NCBI GenBank assembly: GCA_905331295.1
Contig: CAJNYD010000006.1
Location: forward strand, 1 to 64,000
Direction of reading: 5' to 3'
DNA: 64,000 nucleotides
DNA from: Rotaria socialis
Lineage: Eukaryota
Position numbers and translations under genes: made by a program. This document shows positions 27,101-38,841 of this stretch, one piece after another (within the stretch, counting starts at the first letter, position 1; each line of letters opens with the position of its first letter). The notes beneath the pieces were generated by a model. The model did no database searches and was not told the DNA's origin. It saw only the letters and a list, made by a program, of their open reading frames with translations.

Positions 27101-27917
27101 TGGTAAGCTATCAGCCCTAATTATTATGCAGTGAGAAATCCAAACCGAACATCTCAGAGTTTTAGTATTGATACATGCCTATCTATGGAAGAATAGAATG
27201 AAAAGCCTCACTTGTAAAAGGTGGTGCAATGAGCTGATATGGCGGTTTTGTTTCTAGTAATTCTATTATATGCAAACCATTAGCTTCAGTCCGTTTTCCC
27301 AAGATCCGTAGATAAGTGCCAGGCATCAGAAGTATTTCTTTCTCTTCTTTGAAATAAGAATATGATTCGATGCAGCGGCCACTGATACATTCTATCTTAA
27401 AAAGAGTGCATTCTTCCGAGGTTTTTAGAAACTGGTCCGCCACATTCCTGCTTTCTGTGCATGAGCTGAATCCCCACCATATTTTATATTCTTTGTATTC
27501 ATTATTCATATTACCGCGAACAGCGCGCCAAAGTGTTTTCTTGATGGGTGGTAACTTGTACAGAGCGGTAAGAATAAGTTTGAGGTAGGAGAACCATGGT
27601 TTCAGTTCGTTTCGCCTCTCATCACGTAGCGCTCGATTGAGAAGCTTGTACAGGCTATCATGCGTGTCAGGCCATTGTATAGTGTAAATATGAATAGCGG
27701 CTGATTCATCAGTGGTGATACCATCTGGTGGCTCGTTGGAGTTTTGCAAAGCTATATCTACCATTCGATCAGTATTATGCAACAAATTTTTTATTGGCTC
27801 AATAGCTTCTTTGAGTGATACTAAATCTTTCTTCTCGTAGCCTTCGATTGGTATTAGCAGTTTACTGGGTTCTTCTCCAGCATCAATAAAACGATGGATT
27901 CTAAACCCATCACCCAT
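12020..27917 (-). CDS. Predicted ~1373-aa multidomain protein: ART, TKL kinase, unknown helical domain, 5x Ig I-set, Cys-rich/RDY tail. Exons 27917-27212, 24774-23935, 22956-22210, 18352-17768, 17719-16874, 12417-12020
   Basis: Every junction has a canonical GT donor or pyrimidine-AG acceptor in phase 1; the joined length is 4122 nt with no internal stop. Joining them into one transcript is an inference. Confidence 0.65.
12881..13820. mobile_element. Foldback (almost fully palindromic) MITE
   Basis: CAATGGAGGTGTTCGAACTGTAAG... and ...CTTACAGTTCGAACACCTCCATTG; the arms pair over ~300 bp once the nested insert is removed; right flank is TA. Confidence 0.85.
13049..13372. mobile_element. hAT-like MITE nested in the foldback element
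   Basis: TAGG...CCTA termini, 8-bp TSD CCCAGCAA/CCCAGCGA, AT-rich ATTAA-repeat interior; absent from the opposite arm of the host element. Confidence 0.85.
16874..18352 (-). CDS. Two internal exons encoding five titin-like Ig I-set domains
   Basis: Motifs GxPxPxxxW and DxGxYxxxAxN repeated; 48-nt intron at 17720-17767; all boundaries phase 1. Confidence 0.9.
18981..22047. mobile_element. Non-autonomous element with ~407-bp terminal inverted repeats (18981-19387 / 21641-22047) and nested repeat debris
   Basis: The two arms are near-identical reverse complements; no transposase ORF inside; the left end abuts an N, so the TSD cannot be assessed. Confidence 0.8.
22210..22956 (-). CDS. Internal exon, 249-codon helical domain of unknown function
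   Basis: Long open frame bounded by a ttctcgatag acceptor and a G|gtaagg donor, both phase 1; internal sequence repeat visible. Confidence 0.75.
23935..24774 (-). CDS. Internal exon encoding a complete tyrosine-kinase-like Ser/Thr kinase domain
   Basis: GRGGFG, VAVK, HRDIKSLN, DFG, WTAPE and DVYSLG all intact; phase-1 boundaries. Confidence 0.92.
27212..27917 (-). CDS. First coding exon: ARTC-type (R-S-E) mono-ADP-ribosyltransferase domain
   Basis: Motifs LWR, WWGFSSCT and EKEILL (ExE); no signal peptide; A|gtgagg phase-1 donor; acceptor 16 nt before the ATG. Confidence 0.9.
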
Positions 27918-29414
27918 ATTTGTAATCGAATAACTAGAATGAAAAACAAATCAAAGGTAACCACTGCGTATTTTTCTCTCTATCAACACTGCTTCCTTCA
28001 ACTCAATATTTATAAGAACATAATAGGGTAAACGATTGAGACGCTGGGCAAAGCGCTGACGAAAAAATCAAAGAAAAAGGATAAACCGAAACAAGAACTC
28101 TTTTATTAATATTCATCGTTAGTGCCTCTGTAGACCGGGTTGATAATGCCAAGAAAAAATATATCAGAAATGGATAGATCGAGTAAGATAACTCAAAAAA
28201 TAAGAGTCACACAGTCAAAAATAAAAGTATACGCACAGCGACATTTAACTTTAAAGAAGAATAGAAAGCATGACGATTGAGAGAGAGAGAGAGAGAGAGA
28301 GAGATTAAGGTAACGATAGATATAAGAATGGAAAAAAGCAGTAGTCACTCACTCATAGCTAGTCAATTTTCTCGTTTCGTCATTATTATACACGCTATTA
28401 ATAATACAGAAAATTCAGATTCATTTTACCTATGATGCAATAAATCAACAGAAACAAAGTGGTAAGATTATATTGTTTACGAATCGCCCTGCATACTATG
28501 ACGTAAAATGGGTCACTAATAATCATTTTAGTTTACTACAATTCGTAAACGGCATTAGCGTATAACTTTTTCTTTTCTTTCGAACTGTTGTATTAAACGA
28601 AAACTGAATAAAAGAATTTTCTGAATTGTGCTTGAGAACGAGACAAGTGACTACATGGTTGAAACTTAGTAACTACTATGTTCCTTATGGCTGAAAACTG
28701 TTTGATAATAATATTATATATCAGAAACATTAGATTCACCAGTAAAACACATTGAAACAGAATGCTTAACGTGTTCTATCATACTAAATGGATTATTTTC
28801 AGTGGAAGTCAGACCATCTATGCTTATCTCTGAAACTGCCATGAACCGCGGATTTGGTGGGCTTTTTGAAACGCATAAATGGTCTGACTACCGTTATATC
28901 CAAAAACCACTTCAACTCAACAGGAGCAGGTGTGTCGACCATAACCTGTACCTTGAAGGTTTCAGGTGTGGCGCCCTTCGAGAGGCAGTGTAGTGAACTC
29001 TCCCGAGCTCCATTTCCACAAAATGCCTCTGTAGTGTTGTTACATTATGTATGTGACATAAGTGAAAATTTGCCAGAATTTGTGGGTGTGGGTGTGGATG
29101 CATAAGTAGTTCTGATATTCAGTTACATCCCATATATGCCAAACTTGAAACTTGAATTCAATTGAAGATTTCAATTTTCAATTGAATTCAAGTTTGGAGT
29201 TTGACACTACTGCTACATCCGCACTCACGTCCTAGTATTAGATCGTCAAATCGCTCACTGTTCGCAGAAACGAACACAGTACGAGCAACCATATACTCAA
29301 ATATCTATTCAAATAAATCTGCTAGATATTGAGTCAACACATACAGTAGGAGTACATACTGCTGTTTACAATCTCATGGCCTAATTATTTTTATTTAGAA
29401 TATATTTCTAACAT

Positions 29415-29945
29415 GTTGCTACAGTTTTAATAGAAGCGGCGCAACATTTTTTACTTGGGAATTTGACTGTAGCCTACCTGTGAATAGTGTGCCGAAGACA
29501 AAAGAAAAACTGTTTGTGCTTGTTCTGCGCACGCTTTAGTTATCTGATAAGTGAAATGAATTGTTTTGTTGGCAGCTCCTTGTAGAAGATTCTTTTTTCC
29601 ATCTTTTTTCGATAGATTCACAGAGAGAAAAAGGAAGGAATATACTTTGAAATTTTTCGTAAGTACTCTTTCAGTAACAATAAAGAACAGAAAATTTGTG
29701 AGGCATCAACATCAAGGGGGGAACGGCGGACTTTTGGACTTGAAGTTACTTTCAGCTATTTGAAGTAGCTTACTTTGAATTACTTTTCAACTCCAAATTT
29801 TCCTGAAGCTACTTGAGGTTATTTTAAGCTACTTCTTCCTACTTTGGGCTACTCGAGTGATACTTTGAGCTACTTCAAGCCCATCGTGTCCCCCTTGGTC
29901 AACATACAGAAATAAATAGAAGAATTTCTGCTGTTCAGAAATAGT
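29415..29945. repeat. Diverged copy of 55543-55880 (non-coding; conserved minus-strand CAG|GTA donor)
   Basis: Co-linear similarity, e.g. ACCTG(T/C)GAATAGTGTGCCGAAGACAAAA and CGTAAGTACTC(T/C)TTCAGTAACAATAAA. Confidence 0.85.
29713..29897. mobile_element. hAT-like MITE with TTGAAGT/ACTTC repeats
   Basis: CAAGGGGG...CCCCCTTG termini, 8-bp TSD ATCAACAT/GTCAACAT; the empty site is visible in the paralogous copy near 55835. Confidence 0.88.
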
Positions 29946-30494
29946 GGTGCAATTACGAGTAACATAGTTCTGTTATCTTTTCTAACAGCTCACATTTTGA
30001 CTCCTAGTATGATTGTCTTAAAGAGCTTATTACATTTATTACCACTATTTCAACATGCAAAATCTGTTACAAAAGATTTATTAATAGCTCTGAGGTACGA
30101 ACCAAACCAATCAATCACAATATTGTACATATATTAAAGTTGACATCTGAATTTAATTTAAGTTTAAATGTTCATTTTGTAATTTTTTATTTCAAAAGTT
30201 CATGTTGAAGATTTCAATTCTCCAAGCCAGATAACACACATAACTTCTATCTCAATTTGGAGACGACCAGCACTGGAGCCTGTTGATTAAGACCCACAAG
30301 CTAACCCGAGCAGATCAAGATCTAGTTCCGGATTTGGTTATTTCTGTACCTGTTAACGCCTGTGTAGAACCTTTCTAGGCACCCCCATACCAGTCGCGAT
30401 GATATTTGTGTATGCATAATGGTTCCCCCTGTGCGAAGAGAAACTTATTCTGTCTTCGTTTTTATGACAAGTTAAGATGCTTACCATAAGTGTT

Positions 30495-30817
30495 CCCAGG
30501 TGGATAATCCGATGCTGAATCTGATCGGATCTTAAAAAACCTGACGAACCGATAAAGCCCCATGGGATTCCGGGTTGAGGAACTACTAACGGATCCATAG
30601 GGTTGGAATCCGGCGAATAGCCGACCAAATACAACAACCGAATTGGATAGAAATTACAGGAGTCGAAGTCCAACGATATTCCTAAAGAAACCTATCGGAT
30701 TTTGACTGGTTCCTGCAACAATCGATTGAATCCCAACACTAGGGATCCGTGAGTGCGTCCACAACCCGGATTTACCTAGAATCCGGTTGGATACAGCTAT
30801 CGGATTGTTCGTCCTGG
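30495..30817. mobile_element. MITE with CCAGG...CCTGG termini and ATCCG/CGGAT-rich interior
   Basis: Imperfect TIR CCAGGTGGATAATCCGAT / ATCGGATTGTTCGTCCTGG; a related degenerate piece lies at ~10777-11010. Confidence 0.6.
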
Positions 30818-31249
30818 ATTGAAGTATTGGTTAAATTCAAGCTTAATATAACTAGATATCCTTGAAATAAAAGTTTTTAGTATAATCTCTGTGCAGTCAC
30901 AGTGTAAAACATGTCGAAACTGCTTTTTCAATAGCTTCTAACAGGGTTTGTAGTTGGCTGTGGGAACGATGTAAATGTCTACTCGATGTGTACACTGCAA
31001 AAATTCGTTTTAGATAGTATTGCACAAAAAAGCTTTATATATAGAACACTGCAAAATATTATTGATACTGTGTTTGTTTTACGACAAGTTTATGAAGAAC
31101 TCCTGTTGTGAAAGTTGTGAAATATTTCCGATTTTATTTATGATCATACCGACGGCCATATGCATACAAATTACTAATAACCTATAAACAACGTAAGGGT
31201 ATGGTTGAGTGTAGATGCAACTTTCCTTCATTCACCCACACCCACACCC

Positions 31250-32887
31250 ATCAATATATTAGAATTCATTAATTTACCTTTATTTGATAAATTTTTATCA
31301 CCCTCAGTTTTGCAAACGCCCATAATATGTATGACTGGCCACGTAAAAATAATTCAAGCAAAACCGCTTCATACCGCGATTTTCCTACCACACCGTGGTA
31401 TTCGTATTAAATACCGCAGTGTTAGCAGGATACACCGCTGGCGGCGGAACTTATGCAAATCCTTCATGTGCTAAGCCCCTTTCTAGACACCATCCACAAC
31501 AGTATGATACGTGAATATGAGTTCAGAAGGAGTCATTATATTGGGCAACTATATCTAAACAGAAATTTTGTTTTCATTTGTTGATGTTCTTCATTCATAT
31601 TTTTAATACGGCTATCATAGATGCTGTTGGTTTTATGTGAAGCTATTTCAATAACAGATTGAAAATTTTTAACGCAAAAGAGAATATGGCGGCTGTTTAA
31701 TGATTGAAATTGATTTGCTGTTAGAGGTGGCTTGAATTCTAAGAGATTAATTTCACAGACATATTTAACTGATTCATGAAATTTATAAAAAAAACCTATC
31801 AGACATACCCTAATACGACTAATATTTTAGAGTCAATAATAACACAGTAACACAAAGAGAAAGTTCGAAAAATTCCTTCATTGTACCGCGGTGCATCAGA
31901 TACAATCAAAACCGCGGTTTCTTTCTTCCTGTACCGTTGTTTGCTAGTATATGTGCTAAGACAAAAATGATGTCGTGTGCTAAGATTATCGCTCAAGTTC
32001 AACGAAACAATCACCAGTACAACCTTGTGAACTATTAATGTGTGTGCTTTGTGGAAGACTTGAGAGGCAAGCAGCGGTGTCTGGGAGAACAGATCGCATA
32101 TGTAACATGTGTTATGACCCCGTCGCCATGTGTGCTCGAAAATCTTATAGTGGAGGATGAAAATGGAAGATTGTTATTAGGTTGCAATTGCTTTAAAACT
32201 TTGATAAATATTAACCGGCAAACACCACGTTCTCAGCGGTTTCATTTCACCGCGAAAGTCAGACCGTTTATTCGGTTTTTTGAAACCGGTGCTAACCGCC
32301 TAATTTTGAAAACCGCGGCTATAGACGTTTTGAAAAACCTAATAAAAGGTCTGACTTTCGCGGTTTGTTAATACCGTTATGAACCTCGCTCTGAAGCGGT
32401 TTTCAATGAAAATGTTTTTCGTGGGTGGTAGAATAGCTTTTTGTGTAATGTGTTTTAAAGAAGTCGATTGATTTGCTGAATTCACTTGAATAATTTAACT
32501 ATGAAAACAAGAATAAAAACCGACGATTGAAATCAAAATTGTATTGGAAATATTTGCTTTCATTTATTATCATCTGTATGCTTGTTTCTTTTGCCGAAAT
32601 GCATCTTCATCATGAATAGTTTTCTTAATGAACTTGTATCTGTATAGGATTCACCGCATCCTATAATTTGACATATACATTTTTTCTGTTTTTTGACTTA
32701 TTACAAAAAGATTCAAACTTTATTAAAATGTGTTGATTACTAATAAATAATATAAACATATCAAAACGTACGTTTGGTTCATGTCAATGACTATTCATAT
32801 TTTGATGAAAGTGTTATCCAGTTTATTTGCCAAACGGCTGGCATTTATTTTTCACCACTACACAACAGCAGAAATCATATCCTATTG
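31250..32887 (-). pseudogene. Heavily deleted genomic duplicate of the GLI-like gene, split by a TIR element
   Basis: 31250-31338 matches ~56974-57062; 32425-32887 matches pieces of 57060-57690 and 58700-58825, including intron sequence and the last zinc finger. Confidence 0.85.
31339..32424. mobile_element. ~1.09-kb non-autonomous TIR element inserted in the GLI relic
   Basis: CCACG(T/A)AAAA...TTTTTCGTGG termini, ACCGCGGT-rich subterminal repeats, short (C/G)TGG duplication; the flanks are contiguous in the intact gene. Confidence 0.75.
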
Positions 32888-33813
32888 ACAAGTTATAGCA
32901 TCTTCATACACTAGAATGTTGTTTTCAACAGTGTTTGAATATCAATAAAAAAATTTCTTTCATCTGCTCATTGGTTTATTTGTTAGCTGGAACATTCAAC
33001 ATTTTCAACTATATTGACGTGTTTTATTCAGTCACAAAACAGATGTATATCCCAAGGTTGAAAAGGTCAATAGTAACGCTCGACACGCCCTAGAAGAGAT
33101 ATATTAATACATAATGTAATTAAAAATATTTTCATGACTTTTAGCACGTTAAAGATTATAAAAACCAGTTGAGATTGTTTTCACCCCAGACAGATTTTCA
33201 TTGGTACAAAAATCATCTTTGTAATTCCTATATAGTTATTCAGAGTATGTTTAATAGTTTAGCTGAAGATCTATCAACACTTTTTAACTGATCATGATTA
33301 GAAGCCATTAAAACATGACCATGCAATGCAAGATTTTATGATTTCCAATTGATTTTCATAATCTAAAAATCTCAAAGTTTAGACCTTTATCCTTCATCGA
33401 GTATGCAAAATCTCATTTTGTTTTACTTTTGAGGGGTACCCGTTCTACGAACAACTGATTCTTGCGGACAAGAGAATTATAAAAATAGTGCATATGTTTC
33501 CGTCAGTGTCATGCCACTTTCTAAAACCCATACTATCAACGTTTTATATTGCATAAAGAATATGTTTCTTTTCCTTTGAAAAACAAAACATGAAAAGAAA
33601 GAATTCTTTAGATAGATGGAGTACTATACAGATGCAAAGGGAATTTGAATTTTTTATTCATCAAACTCGAATGAGTCATTTGAAAGATTCACAAATCAAA
33701 AGATTTCTGGATGGAACATAGGGAAAAAACCAAGTGAATGACATCATCAAGAATTTTTATATATGTATGTTCATGAGAAAGTTTAGAATTTTTAATACAA
33801 GATATTTTTCCTT

Positions 33814-36489
33814 ATGGCAACATCAGATAGAACACCTTATCAAATACTTGGAGTATCCGAAGATATTGACTATGTTAAACTACGAGGAGTCTACTGTGAA
33901 AAAATTCATGATCATCTAAAAAAGAAAATTTCTGCCATCAACTTTCGTCGTATTTGCCGTGCATATGAAACATTATCTGACTTTGAAAAACGGGACCTGT
34001 ACGATGCCGAGAAAGAATGGATTTTTGAACTACCAATCGACAAATATACATCACAACAATTGGCTGCTGAACCAGATCTAATACGTGATCTAAAACAGCG
34101 ACTGCGAAATGCTAATTTAACAAAATTAAACGCTCAAGATCCTGTGACAGGTCATACAACGCTTTACACTGCAGCTCGTGCTGGCAATTTAGAAGCCGTG
34201 AAATTTTTAACTGAACAAGGAGCAGAACCTGATCTGTCACAACGAACAAAAAGTACTGCATTGCATGTGGCTTCTTTTTACGGGCATGCTGATGTTGTTC
34301 GTTGTCTGTTGGAAAGCGGAGCAAACTTTGAAATAAAGAATGGAGGTAATAGTACAGCTGAAGACGAATCATATAATGCTAATGTAAAAAAAATGTTTAC
34401 TGAACTCAAACAGATCGCTTACGTTCGAGCGGCTGCCAATGAGCTCGATTGGTTTTATCAGAATGGGCTGACACAACATCAGGATACAGAATATTTTTCA
34501 CAACGTCAAACACTTTTACATTGTGCTAGTAAGAAAGGCTATCATGATTTGGTGCATTGGCTCGTAGAGCAACGTCAGGCTAATATCGATCTGGTTGATT
34601 TTAATGGGAATACGGCTTTACATCTTGCCGCATACGGTGGCCATCAAAAGATTATCCAATATCTTCTTAATTGCGGCTGTGATTCAACTGTTAAAAATCG
34701 ATGGGGCACAACAGCTGAAGAAGAAGGAGCCATGAAACATGGTAATAGCATTACTGATATTTTTAAAGAAATTCGTGAACGTGACATGTTTGAAATGGCC
34801 CGCACTGGTGTAGATTGGTGGTTTTATTATTATTTTGATGACAGTTTAAAAGATACCAATGATACTACTGGTATAAGTTTACTTTATTATGCATGTCGTT
34901 ATGGACATTTTTCTGTGGCTAAATGGTTATTAGAACATGGAGCTAATGTAAATATTCAGATGAAAACTAAACCCAAGAGTACTCCATTACATGGAGCAAA
35001 ATATCGTGGTCATTATTTAATTGTGGAGCTCCTACTTGAATATGGCGCAGATGTCAATATTAAAAATGATTTTGGAACAACGATTTTCGACGAAGAAATT
35101 TCAAACGACGTAGACAATATTTCATCAAATAAAATTCAAGAAATCTTATTACAATATCAAAGTAATTTAAAAAGTGACAAGTTGATTGATGTACACGTGT
35201 ATGAAAATGATGGTCAAGATGAGGAGCCAATCGTAAAAGTCAAACTAGGACTTAGATCAAAATATTCAGATCTATTAGCAGCTCTGTCGACCGTATCAGA
35301 TGATCAATATCCTTATTTTTCAATTGCTCGGCGTATGCTTTCGTTCAAGGAAAAAGAGGAAACAACTATTATATCAGCTGTAGGTGGTGCACGATATGGT
35401 TTTTCGAAATTTATTGATACACCAATTCGTCTTATTGGTCACAAAACGTTACCAGATGGACATACGAAGAATCAACCAATTCATCAGGAGCCTAAATTAT
35501 CTCTTCGAGAGTTTAACAAAAAACTCGACTCTCAAGGTAAAACTAGTACATTTTCATTAAAATCTCCTCTGAATGCCAAGAAAACTGTTCAAATTGGTAA
35601 CTTGACGTTTACTTTCGCTGAGGGTTCTATAAAAAGTGATATTGAATTCAAAGTAATAGCACTTGCTACACCCGATCCTGAAACGTTTGACATACCTGGA
35701 TGTATTTGTCTCTTTAAAACTGAAATTGATCAACCTAATTCTGAACTTAGTGAATTACCTCTTGTATCAATAGCCAATGGATTGGAAGCTCGTTTCTATA
35801 CTTTGGCGCAACCTTCAACATATTGGTTTAGTTCGCACACTCGTCAAACTCGTTTACCTATGCTTCAAGGCATTCATGCGTTCGTTCGTCACGTCGATAT
35901 CATTCCAAATGCACTTACCCTACCAGGAGATATGTTTATTGCAGCTGCACTCGATCAACCATTGATATCACGAACGAATCCTGTACCGTGCACATGTTTG
36001 GTTCTTCGGAAACAGGATTCTAATATGTTTCCTAACATAGCTTATCATGGAACGAATATCAAAGTTATCCAATTCATCGTTCACGACGGACTTGCCACAC
36101 CAGGCACGTTAACAGCTAATGGAAAACGTATCAATCCCCCATCAAACCATATTGCACGTGATGTAACCGCATTCCATGTCAAAGATTTTGCTGCTGCTAT
36201 TTTTCTAAGTCCAAGTGTGCATTATAGCTCGGATCCAGTTTATGCAATACCATTTTCTCACGGTGATCTACAAATGATACCTATACTAGAATGCAGTGTA
36301 AAGCGTAACAGCTATGATACTTATCCTTCTACTGTGCGACACTATATTGAACACCCAGGTGACAACATGGATGCCATTGAATGGCGAATAAAATATCCAG
36401 CTGATATCGAAATCAATGCGATATTATTTATTACCACGAATGAATCGATTAGTGCTTCGAAACTGGCACGAATTACTAAAACTAGTTGA
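33814..36489 (+). CDS. Intronless 891-aa protein: J-like domain, ankyrin repeats, beta-rich middle region, C-terminal PARP-like (H-Y-E, NEURL4-type) ADP-ribosyltransferase domain
   Basis: TPYQILGV...AYETLSD...RDLYD (J domain, HPD absent); TALHxAxxxG ankyrin motifs; AYHGT, IFLSPSVHYS and IEWR at the C terminus. Confidence 0.85.
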   Translation: MATSDRTPYQILGVSEDIDYVKLRGVYCEKIHDHLKKKISAINFRRICRAYETLSDFEKRDLYDAEKEWIFELPIDKYTSQQLAAEPDLIRDLKQRLRNANLTKLNAQDPVTGHTTLYTAARAGNLEAVKFLTEQGAEPDLSQRTKSTALHVASFYGHADVVRCLLESGANFEIKNGGNSTAEDESYNANVKKMFTELKQIAYVRAAANELDWFYQNGLTQHQDTEYFSQRQTLLHCASKKGYHDLVHWLVEQRQANIDLVDFNGNTALHLAAYGGHQKIIQYLLNCGCDSTVKNRWGTTAEEEGAMKHGNSITDIFKEIRERDMFEMARTGVDWWFYYYFDDSLKDTNDTTGISLLYYACRYGHFSVAKWLLEHGANVNIQMKTKPKSTPLHGAKYRGHYLIVELLLEYGADVNIKNDFGTTIFDEEISNDVDNISSNKIQEILLQYQSNLKSDKLIDVHVYENDGQDEEPIVKVKLGLRSKYSDLLAALSTVSDDQYPYFSIARRMLSFKEKEETTIISAVGGARYGFSKFIDTPIRLIGHKTLPDGHTKNQPIHQEPKLSLREFNKKLDSQGKTSTFSLKSPLNAKKTVQIGNLTFTFAEGSIKSDIEFKVIALATPDPETFDIPGCICLFKTEIDQPNSELSELPLVSIANGLEARFYTLAQPSTYWFSSHTRQTRLPMLQGIHAFVRHVDIIPNALTLPGDMFIAAALDQPLISRTNPVPCTCLVLRKQDSNMFPNIAYHGTNIKVIQFIVHDGLATPGTLTANGKRINPPSNHIARDVTAFHVKDFAAAIFLSPSVHYSSDPVYAIPFSHGDLQMIPILECSVKRNSYDTYPSTVRHYIEHPGDNMDAIEWRIKYPADIEINAILFITTNESISASKLARITKTS

Positions 36490-37224
36490 TTTTCTGAGTT
36501 CAGTTAAAATCTCACGACTCAACGAAGTTTTGATTTTGATTTCGTCGTACAAAGTTTTGTGTTTTTATGTAAAAAGTATTTTTGATAATAAATGAATGAA
36601 TGTAAAAATTGATTTTAGACACCTTACAATACCATCATTTATTCATCCTACGCGACGCAAACCCTAAGATCGCAATACGTCATAGTTATGTGACAAATCA
36701 CAAAGAAACCGTTATTTCCATTTCACAGGCATACTCCAGATAGTCTTAAGTACATAGAATAAATTGATCATGTTCATTCAAAACAAGCTGAAAAAAATAT
36801 TATTAACTTCCTTTTGTATAATGCACACAACAGAGAAAAACTTTATGTTATAATTACGAAAATCGTTGCAAGAAAATTGAGCAAGAACAAAAACACACAA
36901 TGCAAATTAGGTGGTATTGTATTGCTGTAAAAGAATATCAACAACATCAGTGATGCCAAGATAAGTATCGTTATTGAAGCCACTCATCGTGACTGAGTAA
37001 TTTACAGTTTCGTATCCAATTTGCTTAGAGATTTATCTCTGTAGAAATATGTTTCAAAAATTCTGGAATATTAGCAATAATTAGAACTCTCTTGTTTACT
37101 TTAACAATGTGAAAAAACACTTCCATAAAAAAAACGGTAATGTACACTTTTTATATTTGCGGCTTGTAGTAAATTACATATCAGTAAGCTTGAGAATTGA
37201 ATTATCATTTCATATGACTCGTTA

Positions 37225-38390
37225 TTATAACCATACTCTCAACGGAACCTTTTTCATCTCTGTCGCAAAATACTGTCTAGCATGAAGAGAAATTGAGTTA
37301 TTCTCGAGATTTAGCATAGTGAGTGTCTGTATTCAAGGATAGGGCATATATAAAATAGTTGAACGCGGTGTTAATCCTACTGTATTGTATTGTAATGCAT
37401 CCGCCAGATATCGTGCTCCTCTATCACTGATTTGATTATATCGAAGATCAAGTGTGACTAGTGCCTATATTGATTGACCAAATTGCTCAGAAAATAAATA
37501 ACATGAATTTTAATCTTACTCTATTATGTTTTAATGCAATTGATAGACTTTTTGTTCCTAAATTTTCGATTCGATTTCCCCAAAGATTTAAATTGGTAAG
37601 TGTCTGTATGAGATGATATGCATGTGTGAGAGATTTTATTCAAGTAGAAAATTAATCTTACTGCATTCTTAAGTAGTCCAGCAGCTAAATATTGTGTCCC
37701 TTCATCACCAATTTCGTTGTGTCCAAGATACAGCGTAGTGAGTGTCTACGTCGAATACTACAATCGTATATGAAATGAATCATAAGTGAATCCTACTGTA
37801 TTATGTTGCAATAGATTTGCCAAATATTTCGCCCCTTGCAAACCAATTTTGTTGTATCGAATATCTAGATGGGTAAGAGTCTGCATTCAATAATGAAAAC
37901 ACCCATTGAGATGTATGAATAGTAAACAAGACGTACTTTGTTGTGTAGTAACGCTTTAACTAAATATTGTGTTCCTATATCGCCAATACCGCTGTTTCCA
38001 AGTTTTAACTGGCTAATTGTCTGTATTAAAAAATAAACATATTAGTATGAGATCAATCAGACAGGAGATAATATCACGTTATTATTTTGTAAAAACTTGA
38101 CTAGATATTTCACTTTTTCAAGATCGATGTGGTTGCCGAGCAATTTTAGCGTTTCAATTTTCTATATTTAAATTATCAAATATCATTTATATGTTATACT
38201 CAATTTTTAAAAATGAATGTTAAGTAATATGTTTTACCTGATACCGAGAGTACATTCGCAGGATTACATCCAGTCGCATGCAAACATTTTGCATTGAAAA
38301 TAAAAGCGTAAACATGTCAAGTTTATCAAGAATACGATAGACAAGTTCTACCGGTAATGTTAACAATGAACGGAAATTTTTCTCTGCCAT
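37225..38390 (-). CDS. F-box plus RNI/NLRC3-like leucine-rich-repeat protein, 8 exons (not in the ORF track)
   Basis: Exon 1 (38390-38238) MAEKNFRSLLTLPVELVYRILDKL; six 84-nt phase-0 exons each encode one 28-aa LRR (e.g. TLTTLYLGHNEIGDEGTQYLAAGLLKNA); the last exon ends VPLRVWL*. Confidence 0.9.
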
Positions 38391-38841
38391 CGCTGAAAGT
38401 GTTTCAAAAGTAAACTTCTCTAAAACTATATACAGTTGGACATCGCTCTTTTCGCTGACGCTTCTTCCGACTTGCTTCTTTATTACATCACAATCTCTCT
38501 GTCTTGCGTAATGAATGACTGTATGAGAAAAGAAAGTGCTCTTTTCTCTTCTTGCGCATGTGACTACGCAGTATTAATAAACAAGTCAATTGAAAAGTGA
38601 AAACAACATGCATAAATAGAATGATTGATTTCTGGATAAACTATCCGATATATATATATATATATATATTTATTTATTTTTGAATAACGATTTCCTATTT
38701 TGCTTTTTTTCCTATTTATAATACATAATAAGGAAACATGAATTGAACATTTATTTTTAAATAAACGTGTACATTTTTTTCGTTTCATCTTTAAGAAAAA
38801 TCATTACATGTTGCATAAAAAAATATTTGCTTTATCGAAGC

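Noticed and set aside
28807..28889. Hairpin AGTCAGACCAT...ATGGTCTGACT as a possible ncRNA
   Set aside because: A similar hairpin occurs inside the TIR element at ~32251-32362, so it is more likely repeat-derived.
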